A stretch of 64,000 nucleotides of DNA from an uncultured delta proteobacterium (GTDB taxonomy: Bacteria > Desulfobacterota > Desulfobacteria > Desulfobacterales > SpSt-501): positions 141,250 through 205,249 of the forward strand of contig CAVOWH010000004.1 of NCBI GenBank assembly GCA_963700055.1. The letters are read 5' to 3'. The position numbers and the translations under genes are program-made. The notes under the pieces are model-generated. The model saw only the letters and a program-made list of their open reading frames with translations. It did not search any database and was not told the origin of the DNA. Numbering within the stretch: position 1 is the stretch's first letter; the number at the start of each line of letters is the position of its first letter. Positions 57,028 through 64,000 of this stretch are shown piece after piece.

Positions 57028-57642
57028 CTAGGGTGTTTTGAGCGCCCGGTCGAGCTCTGCGGCGATCTCGCGGCTCAATGCGGCAATGGCCCGGCTCTCG
57101 GCCGCTACCAGCGCGGCATAGTCCTGAGCCGCGGCCTTCTCCTGGATGACCGAGGTTTTCACTGCCAGCATCTTCTTAGCCTTCAGATCCCTGATCGACC
57201 AGGTGGCATTCAGCCAGACCGTATTTCCGAGCTGCCCATCGAAACGGTTCACGGTCACCGTGACGAGGAAGTTCGGATCGAAGGTCAGAGTGTCGAGCAT
57301 AACGTTCGCCCGGCGCTCCGCCAAGAGAACGTTCAGGTTTTGCACTAGCACGTTGGTCAGCTCATGCTTCAACGTGCCGCCCCACCGATTGAACTCCGAC
57401 AGGGCGATCTGGTTGTCGTCGGTCCGGGTGACGATCTGCGGACGGTCGATATACTCCGGGATCACCACCGGGTAAAGGGCAATGATGGTTCCCGGGGTGG
57501 CATCCGGCCCTGCGGCCGGCCGCGGCAGCGGGGTCAAGGTGTAAAAATCGACCGGCCGGCTGGCCCCGAGACAGCCTGCCAGCACCCAGGCCAGCAGATA
57601 CGTGCCAAAGAAAAGTTTGCGCGAATGAATGCTCGTTTTCAT
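57028..57642 (-). CDS. pqiC: PqiC-like lipoprotein
   Basis: Lipobox LAGC, FYTL, IPEYIDRPQIV, NRWG and RFDG. Confidence 0.88.
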   Translation of the reverse strand: MKTSIHSRKLFFGTYLLAWVLAGCLGASRPVDFYTLTPLPRPAAGPDATPGTIIALYPVVIPEYIDRPQIVTRTDDNQIALSEFNRWGGTLKHELTNVLVQNLNVLLAERRANVMLDTLTFDPNFLVTVTVNRFDGQLGNTVWLNATWSIRDLKAKKMLAVKTSVIQEKAAAQDYAALVAAESRAIAALSREIAAELDRALKTP

Positions 57643-59318
57643 TTGGGGGCTTCCTTTCCGGTCAAGATGCTCTGCGGGTTGCGTTCCAGGTAATCCGCGA
57701 GACTGCGCAACGCCCCCGCCGCCCGGGCCAGCTCATCCAAAGTAGCCTGCAGCCGATTTTGCAGCGGCGAACTCGCATTCATCGCAGACTCCGCAGCCGC
57801 CAGCGATTTCCGCGCCTGCTCCAGGGTGGCGTTGACTTCCGGAGTTGTGCGCGTTCGCAGGTCGGCCGTCAGCAGCTGAAGCTCCTTGATGGTCGCATTC
57901 ACCGATTTCAGGGTTTCTGCCAGCTCCGGCGAGTTGGTGATACGCTTGGCGCCCTGGATGGTGTCCCGCAGGTCGTTTCCGATCTGCTCGATGGGGATCT
58001 TTTCGATTTTGGCGACCAGCTGGGTCACCTTCGAGCCGATTTCCTCGAACGGGGTCGGGGTGGTCGGGAATTCCGGGTATCCGTATCTTCCGCCTTGCAC
58101 CACTTTGGCGGGCTTGGCGTCGGGGAATAAATCCATCGCGACGTACAACTGGCCGGTGAGGAGATTCCCCGTGCGCAGCTGGGCGCGGAGCCCCCTTTCG
58201 ACGAGATAGTCGACTAAGGTTTCCCGGGTCACCCCTTCCGGCAGCTTGCCGATGAATGCGATGCGCTCCGGTTCCACGGCGGCGATCACCGGAATTTTGA
58301 GTTTATTCATTTTGATGTCAAATTCCGATTTGATGTCGACCACTTGTCCGATTTGGATTCCCCGGAATTCGATCGGTGCGCCAGGGGATAGGCCCCTGAC
58401 CGATTCGTCGAATAGCAGGACAAAATGATTTTTGGTGCTGTAAACTTTTTGTTGGGCGGCTTCACGGTTCGGAAAGAGTTTATAAATTGAATTCTCCGGG
58501 GCTTGCTCCTCCGGGTCGGAGCTGTTTTTGAAAGTATCGAAGGCGATGCCCCCGACCAGGATGGAGACCAATGATTCGGTTTCCAACGTGATGCCGGAGG
58601 CATCGAGTTTCAAGTCCACACCGCTGGCGCTCCAAAACCGCGTGTTGTTCCGAACAAACTGGTGGTAGGGGGCATTCACGAAAATTTTGGAGATGATTTT
58701 CGTGCCGTCCTCGCTGAGCTGGTAGGCCACGACCTCTCCGGCACGGATTTGCCGGTAATAAATCGGGGCCCCGATCTCGAGGGAACCCCTGCGCTCCGAT
58801 TCGAGGACGAAATGCCGCCCCGGAAGCCCCGTCGTGACGATGGGCGGCTCTTCCAACCCTGTAAAGCTGCGGGCCGATTTGCCCGGTTTTCCTGGGTCAA
58901 GATCGATGTATGCCCCTGAAAAGACGGTTCCCAATCCGTAGATGGCACTGGCGGAAACGCGGGCGCGGACCACCCAGAAACGGGTGTTCTCTGAAAGGAG
59001 GCGCTCTGCCTCCTTGACGAGCTGCGCTTTGGCAATCACGTGCGACAGGTCCCCGCCGAGGTGGACTTCCCCGATGACGCCGATTTCCACATCCTTGAAT
59101 TTGATTTTGGTCTTTCCGGCCTCAAGCCCCTCTGCCGATTTGAAAGTGATGGTGATCTCCGGGCCTTTTTCCGTCAGGGCCTTTACCACCAGCCAGCCGC
59201 CGATCAGGGCCGCCGCCACCGGCACGACCCATACCAGTGAAAAGCGGCTCCTGCGGGTTTTGACGGCGGCGGCGGGGACTTCCGGAAAGTCAGGGTCCGA
59301 CGAATGTTGATCACTCAT
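57639..59318 (-). CDS. pqiB: PqiB MCE-domain intermembrane transport protein
   Basis: SLVWVVP, GLEAGKTKIKFKDVEIG and three MCE repeats; start MSDQ (59318). Confidence 0.95.
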   Translation of the reverse strand: MSDQHSSDPDFPEVPAAAVKTRRSRFSLVWVVPVAAALIGGWLVVKALTEKGPEITITFKSAEGLEAGKTKIKFKDVEIGVIGEVHLGGDLSHVIAKAQLVKEAERLLSENTRFWVVRARVSASAIYGLGTVFSGAYIDLDPGKPGKSARSFTGLEEPPIVTTGLPGRHFVLESERRGSLEIGAPIYYRQIRAGEVVAYQLSEDGTKIISKIFVNAPYHQFVRNNTRFWSASGVDLKLDASGITLETESLVSILVGGIAFDTFKNSSDPEEQAPENSIYKLFPNREAAQQKVYSTKNHFVLLFDESVRGLSPGAPIEFRGIQIGQVVDIKSEFDIKMNKLKIPVIAAVEPERIAFIGKLPEGVTRETLVDYLVERGLRAQLRTGNLLTGQLYVAMDLFPDAKPAKVVQGGRYGYPEFPTTPTPFEEIGSKVTQLVAKIEKIPIEQIGNDLRDTIQGAKRITNSPELAETLKSVNATIKELQLLTADLRTRTTPEVNATLEQARKSLAAAESAMNASSPLQNRLQATLDELARAAGALRSLADYLERNPQSILTGKEAPK

Positions 59319-59952
59319 GCCTCTTCTCCTTTGCATCCCAAATCAAACGGGGGTCGAAGCTCATGGCGGCGATCATGGTGACGACCACCACGGCGGCGAA
59401 GAACAGAGCGGCCGGTCCGGCCTGGATGGTGGCCAGGGCTCCGAGATTCACCAGCGCCACCAGGATGGTGACAACAAAGATGTCCAGCATGGACCAGCGG
59501 CCGACCGCCTCCGTGATGAGGTACAGGCGGGTCCGGTCTTTGGGGCGGTAGTGGGACCTGAGCTGGACGGATATCAGCAGGTAGCCGAGGATGAACAATT
59601 TTACCAGCGGCACGAAGATGCTGGCAATGAAAATGACCAGGGCGATCGGCCACGAGCCGCTCTGAACGAAGTAGATGACCCCGCTCATGATGGTGTCCGA
59701 CTGGACCATGCCGAGCGAGGTGACGGTGGTCATCGGCAGGACATTGGCGGGGATGTAGAAGATGCAGGCGGCGATCACCAGCGCCCAGGTGCGGGCAATG
59801 CTGTCCGGCTTGCGGCTCTGCAGGGTCGCACCGCAGCGCGGACATTTCGCGGCCTTGGCCGTGCCGCCCGGAGGTGTTGCCGGGCACAGGAGGTGGCAAA
59901 CGGAACAGCCGATCAGACCGGCCTTGCGCGCCGTGAGGACTGCCTTCTTCAC
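59311..59952 (-). CDS. pqiA: PqiA (second half, split form)
   Basis: GTG start overlapping the upstream stop; CSVC, CPRC, YIPANVLP and GRWSMLDIFVV. Confidence 0.92.
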   Translation of the reverse strand: MKKAVLTARKAGLIGCSVCHLLCPATPPGGTAKAAKCPRCGATLQSRKPDSIARTWALVIAACIFYIPANVLPMTTVTSLGMVQSDTIMSGVIYFVQSGSWPIALVIFIASIFVPLVKLFILGYLLISVQLRSHYRPKDRTRLYLITEAVGRWSMLDIFVVTILVALVNLGALATIQAGPAALFFAAVVVVTMIAAMSFDPRLIWDAKEKRHE

Positions 59953-60566
59953 CGGGGTCCCTCCCACCGTTCCCACACCTCGTGGGGATCGACCGCGGCG
60001 GAGGCGGCCGCCATGACGAAGATGAAGGCCGTCAGCGAGTAGACGGCAACTCCCGGAATAATCTGGGCCATTTTGGCCAGCTTGACCATGCTCACCAGGA
60101 CCCCCAGCATAAAGATCTCCACCATGTGCCACGGTTGGAGGAGTCTTAGGTAGCGGAAAACGTGGAACATGCCGGGGACCTTACGGTTGAGGCTCACCGG
60201 CACGAGCACGTACAAAGAGGCCAGCAGATGCAGACCGGGGACAATGAGCAGGTTGAAGGCCACGAGGGCGGCCAGGGCCTCCATGCCCTGGTCGGAGAGC
60301 TGACGAATGCCCGTGATGACGTGGGTCTGATGCTCCAGCCCTCCTTTCTTAAACGTCAAGAAAGGGAAAGCGTTGAACATGACGAAGAGGATCACTGCGG
60401 CGAATAGAAGCGCCAGGGGACGCTGGAAGCTCTTGGGTTTATTAACCATGAGCACGATTCCGCAGCGCCGGCAAAGCGCCGCTGAGCCCTCGGGCACTGA
60501 GGGGACCCGCTGCAGGAGATCACAATCGTGGCAGGCCATGAGAGAGCCGGAACTCATGCGTTGCAT
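59949..60566 (-). CDS. pqiA: PqiA (first half, split form)
   Basis: ACHDCDLL, CRRC and LQPWHMVEIFMLGVLVSMVKL. Confidence 0.92.
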   Translation of the reverse strand: MQRMSSGSLMACHDCDLLQRVPSVPEGSAALCRRCGIVLMVNKPKSFQRPLALLFAAVILFVMFNAFPFLTFKKGGLEHQTHVITGIRQLSDQGMEALAALVAFNLLIVPGLHLLASLYVLVPVSLNRKVPGMFHVFRYLRLLQPWHMVEIFMLGVLVSMVKLAKMAQIIPGVAVYSLTAFIFVMAAASAAVDPHEVWERWEGPR

Positions 60567-60777
60567 CCCTTCTCAATCCGTTCAGATACCCATAGCATTC
60601 AGCACCATAACAATCAAGATCACCGCGGCAGGCGTTGAAAAACAGGACTGGATGGTTACACCTATCCTATAGGTTTTTAATTATTCGGTGGTTTCGTCTG
60701 AGGTTTTTTGCAGTAATCGGAGATGGCCATGCGCGGGAGGATGATGAATTCAGAGAAGCCTGCATACCCGCAATCCG

Positions 60778-61686
60778 CTAATGAGCCCCATTCTGCCGCC
60801 GCCGTTCCTTGATCCGTTCGTTCAAGTTGCGCTTGACGTTTTCCCTCAGCATCCGCGAGGTGGTGTTGAGGTAGCGCAGATTCTTTTCGACCAGATCCGG
60901 GTAGTGGCGCAGGCTCGAGCGCAGTTTGGCGCTGTTGGAGCTCATTTTTCTAAGGATGTCGATCTCTTTGCCGATCACCCGCGTTTTGCCGCGCTTGATC
61001 GCATCCAGAAAGGACCGGCGCTTCCAAGCGCACTCGGCTACGGTCACGACCCGTCCCATCTGAACCAACCGGTGCCCGTCGCTTCCGCCGGTGATACCTT
61101 TGTTTAAGTTGAAGCCGAGCAGGGCGCTGCGCAGGTTCCATTTGTTGAGGTTTTCCGAATTGATCACTTCCACCCCGTCCACCATGTCCAGCAACTGCTC
61201 GAAGCGCTCGTTTTGGAAATAGGGGTTGTGGATGCCGGTGTAGCTGCCGCAATAGGGGTGTGGAAAGATGATCGCCGTCTCGAAATTGCGGGCGCGCTGG
61301 ATGATGTCCTCGAGCTCCAAGGACAGAGAGGACATGATTTCTGCGCCGATAAACGGCTGGACGTGGCGGCTGTAAAACCGCAAGAGGCTTTTAATGTCAT
61401 AGAAATAGACCAGCAGGTGGGTGCCCTCATAGGACGTCAACTCAATGCCGGGAATGCTGAAGACGTTCTTGAAACGGTCGATTTCCACCGCGCCGTGAAT
61501 CGAATTGTGGTCGGTGACCGCGATGCCGACTCCCAACTCCAGAGCCCGGCGGGCGATGTCTTCAATGCTGGCGTGGCCGTCTGAAAGCTCGCTGTGGAAA
61601 TGCATGTCCACGACCGCAAATTGCTGCGTCAGTTCGTCCAGTCTGGGGCGCTCAAAAATAATGCGATGCAGTGAGTCGAATTTCAT
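60778..61686 (-). CDS. PHP-domain metal-dependent phosphoesterase
   Basis: DMHFHS, TDHN, PGIE, HLLVY, PHPY and GGSDGH. Confidence 0.88.
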   Translation of the reverse strand: MKFDSLHRIIFERPRLDELTQQFAVVDMHFHSELSDGHASIEDIARRALELGVGIAVTDHNSIHGAVEIDRFKNVFSIPGIELTSYEGTHLLVYFYDIKSLLRFYSRHVQPFIGAEIMSSLSLELEDIIQRARNFETAIIFPHPYCGSYTGIHNPYFQNERFEQLLDMVDGVEVINSENLNKWNLRSALLGFNLNKGITGGSDGHRLVQMGRVVTVAECAWKRRSFLDAIKRGKTRVIGKEIDILRKMSSNSAKLRSSLRHYPDLVEKNLRYLNTTSRMLRENVKRNLNERIKERRRQNGAH

Positions 61687-61877
61687 ATGTATCTCTTTCG
61701 CTGTGCTCTTTCCAAGGAAATCGACTTCAAAATCCCTATAGCCCACCACCTTGAAACAGGGGGGAGAAAAGGAGTCGGTCGATTGTGTGATCGAATCGGA
61801 TGGGGCTGCCCGTTGCAACCTGCTTCCCAGCTCCGAAACATGATTCTACCAGAATACAGGCGACTCGGCAAATCCCG

Positions 61878-63206
61878 TTAAGGCTTTTTCAGCCGGTACC
61901 AGGCGGCCAAGCGCTCGGTGGGTACCCCCATGAGATAGGCGGCGATGATCATCTGGTTGATCAGCCAGGTTTTTCCAACTCCAACCTGCAGCCATCGTCG
62001 GGGCGAGGTCCGGACCGAATCAGGGACCATCGCAATGCGCCCTTTGCGTTTGAGGCGTCGGATGAACTCGAAATCCTCCATGATGGGGATTGGGGGAAAC
62101 GCCCCTAATCTCCAAAAGGTGTCTCTTCGCAGAAACAGAGCCTGGTCCCCATAGGGCATTTGCAGGTAGCGGGAACGCCAGTTGGCGACCCGTTCGATGG
62201 TTCCTATGCCCGTTTGGCTTCCATCGATTTGGAGCAGGAAAGCGCCTGCCACTACCCCGGGGCGCGCCAATGTTTGTCGGACCTGCTTTTCGAACCCCGC
62301 TGGAAGCCGAGTGTCGGCATGCAGAAAAATCAGGATCGCTCCGCCGGCCTGGGCGGCCCCGGCGTTCATCTGCAGCGCCCGCGGCGGGCGGGCCGTTAAC
62401 ACAAGCGCCCCGCAGGCCTGCGCGAGCGCTGGGGTGCCGTCGGTGCTGCCGGCGTCGACCACGATGACCTCGACTCCCGGGTTGCGGCAGAGAGGGGCGA
62501 TCGTCGGCACGATCTGAGCGGACTCATTCAGCGCCGGGACAACGACGGAAAACTCGGGGCCCGGCGACGATCGCGATAAGGCGGCCATCCCCCAGGGCAG
62601 GTCTTCCGGGCCGTCGATGTCGGTGAGCGTTTCCAGCAAGGAGAAGCTCAACCCCAAGGCGCGCACCTTCTCCAGCGTCCGCGCCAGAACCTGCGGCGAG
62701 CTCCAGGCGATTCCGGGCCCGAGATAGGAAGGCTCTTTTGCGAAGTGCGCCGCGCGGGCGCCGATCAGGTAGTAGCCGCCGTCCTGCGCCGGGCCGAACA
62801 CCAGGTCGTGTTCCTGCAGAATTTCAAAGGCGCGCTTCAGGTGCACGGCGGTGATCCCGGGGATGTCCGCGCCGATGAGCACGACCCGCTCGGCTCCGCC
62901 GGCGAAGGCCTCCGCCAAACAGCGCGCCATGCGCTGCCCAAGGTGCCCTTTGTCCTGGGGTCGATAGTCGCAGCCCTCTCCCAGCCATTGGCGCAGCAGA
63001 GCGGCGCTTCCGCCTTCATGGCGGATTTCCACTGCCAGGTTTCTTGCGCGCATCAGCCGGCGGGCCGTTTCCGCGACACGGGCCGTCAAGCGCCGCTGCA
63101 GCGCCGCCGACCCCTCCGGGCCCAGCACCGGTATCAGGCGAGTCTTGGTGGTGCCGGGCTCCGGGTAGCGAGTGAAGATGATGAGGCGTTCGGGCAATGA
63201 GTTCAT
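61878..63206 (-). CDS. Fusion of TIGR04282 (DUF2064/CofC-like) and TIGR04283 (GT2-like) transferases
   Basis: N-terminal half FTRYPEPGTTKTRL, IGADIP, GPAQDGGYYLIG and DIDGPEDL; C-terminal half VPALNE, VDAGSTD, FLHADT, YGDQALF, MEDFE and TSPRRW. Confidence 0.9.
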   Translation of the reverse strand: MNSLPERLIIFTRYPEPGTTKTRLIPVLGPEGSAALQRRLTARVAETARRLMRARNLAVEIRHEGGSAALLRQWLGEGCDYRPQDKGHLGQRMARCLAEAFAGGAERVVLIGADIPGITAVHLKRAFEILQEHDLVFGPAQDGGYYLIGARAAHFAKEPSYLGPGIAWSSPQVLARTLEKVRALGLSFSLLETLTDIDGPEDLPWGMAALSRSSPGPEFSVVVPALNESAQIVPTIAPLCRNPGVEVIVVDAGSTDGTPALAQACGALVLTARPPRALQMNAGAAQAGGAILIFLHADTRLPAGFEKQVRQTLARPGVVAGAFLLQIDGSQTGIGTIERVANWRSRYLQMPYGDQALFLRRDTFWRLGAFPPIPIMEDFEFIRRLKRKGRIAMVPDSVRTSPRRWLQVGVGKTWLINQMIIAAYLMGVPTERLAAWYRLKKP

Positions 63207-63400
63207 GATGCAAAAAACCGGGTTATGGCGTGCGGCGCCATCCTAAACGGGTCGAACAGGGAGTGCATGAATTCCAGGTTCATGCACTGCCGCAGTTTAG
63301 CCCAGGTGTCGGGATTTTTCACACCCGAGAAATGGTTCTGGTAAGCCACCCAGCCCATGGCCGACCACGAGATTCCCCGCAGGCACACGAAAGGCTGCCG
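63203..63400 (-). pseudogene. Probable C-terminal remnant of a phosphotransferase (APH/choline-kinase-like) gene
   Basis: PFVCLRGISWSAMGWVAYQ...KNPDTWAKL resembles, from memory, the C-terminus of that family; no N-terminus is present; overlaps the downstream ATG. Confidence 0.4.
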
Positions 63401-63446
63401 CAGCCCAACCGGTCTTGGTCATTTTTCTTTTGAACATTTGAATTTG

Positions 63447-63500
63447 TTTCGAGTTTCGTGCTTCGAATTTCGAATTTGGTTACGGCTTGTCCGGGTTAGG
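63447..63500. repeat. TTCG heptamer array plus GGTTACGGCTTGTCCGGGTTAGG motif (REP-like)
   Basis: TTTCGAG TTTCGTG CTTCGAA TTTCGAA; the tail resembles GGTTCCAGCTCGCCCGGGTGGG near 31059. Confidence 0.65.
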
Positions 63501-63548
63501 TCGGTTGTCGAGCATCCAGGATCGCGCGCACTATTTATCTAGGATCGT

Positions 63549-64000
63549 TTACTTGCCTGCCATAATTTTTCGCAAAACATACGCAAGGATGCCGCCGTGA
63601 ACAAAGTAATCCACCTCGATATCGGTGTCCACCCGGGCGGTCACCTCGAAGGCGATCTCACGGCCGTCCGCTTTTACGGCGCGGACCTGGAGGGTCTTGC
63701 GAGGCGTGAGGCTTTCGATTCCGGAGATCGTGAAGGCCTCCGACCCGTCCAGCCCGAGACCCTGCCAGCTTTGGCCGTCCTTGAAAACGAGGGGCAGTAC
63801 TCCCATGCCGACCAGGTTGCTGCGGTGGATGCGCTCGAAGGACTCGGCGATGGCGGCCTTGACGCCCAGCAGGCTCGGGCCCTTGGCTGCCCAGTCCCGC
63901 GAGGACCCGGCGCCGTACTCCCTGCCGGCCAGGACCACGAGCGGCCGGGATTCCGCCTGGTACGCCATGGCCGCGTCGTAAATGAAGGTCTCCTGCCGCT
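63549..64000 (-). CDS. acnA: Aconitate hydratase A, 3' end (runs off right edge)
   Basis: [32 protein letters not shown] and YFVHGGIL. Confidence 0.95.
   Translation of the reverse strand, partial: RQETFIYDAAMAYQAESRPLVVLAGREYGAGSSRDWAAKGPSLLGVKAAIAESFERIHRSNLVGMGVLPLVFKDGQSWQGLGLDGSEAFTISGIESLTPRKTLQVRAVKADGREIAFEVTARVDTDIEVDYFVHGGILAYVLRKIMAGK

Noticed and set aside
57028-60566. Split pqiA in pqiAABC
   Set aside because: The two-gene PqiA form is common; both halves have their own Cys motifs and coupled start/stop codons.
63447-63477. Short periodic repeats as a CRISPR array (also 30955-31032)
   Set aside because: Units are 7-10 bp with no unique spacers, and no cas genes are present.

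Overview
GC-rich bacterial chromosome segment. Gene content points to an anaerobic deltaproteobacterium (Desulfobacterota-like; inference from a Tat-exported selenocysteine formate dehydrogenase, PAS-LuxR regulators and DUF3786/DUF3795/DUF2148 genes). Left to right: (1) MarR-ycaC-pirin module and small lipid/unknown genes. (2) An approximately 16-kb, apparently single-strand catabolic cluster with no regulator: CarB-like crotonase, CaiC-like CoA ligase, Liv-type ABC transporter, orphan Rossmann enzyme, OCD/mu-crystallin, NAD opine dehydrogenase, enolase-superfamily enzyme, HcnABC/OoxAB-like flavo-Fe-S oxidase and DMT exporter, plus a divergent Asp/Glu-racemase-family gene. (3) dmeF, pckG and a rhodanese. 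(4) Two REC-less PAS-LuxR regulators followed by a secreted protein and a PilZ-like protein. (5) fdhA(Sec)-fdhB-fdhE. (6) A seven-gene signalling/redox operon: binding protein, HK with a Cys-rich HAMP insert, REC-STAS, CxxC redoxin, GAF-GAF-TM-Cys-less rhodanese, MauE/DoxX and a lipoprotein. (7) A decayed lower-GC patch with a truncated Xre antitoxin, an internally deleted IS481-like element and a complete but nonsense-mutated IS1380 inserted in an acyltransferase gene. (8) An unexplained structured intergenic element, archaeal-like glyA, DMTs, ubiG, an AI-2E transporter, pqiAABC, PHP, a TIGR04282-TIGR04283 fusion and the 3' end of acnA. No rRNA, tRNA or CRISPR array was seen. The best candidates for an undescribed system are the catabolic cluster (4702-21499) and the signalling operon (35206-42489). 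All family assignments come from motif recognition by eye; no database search was run.
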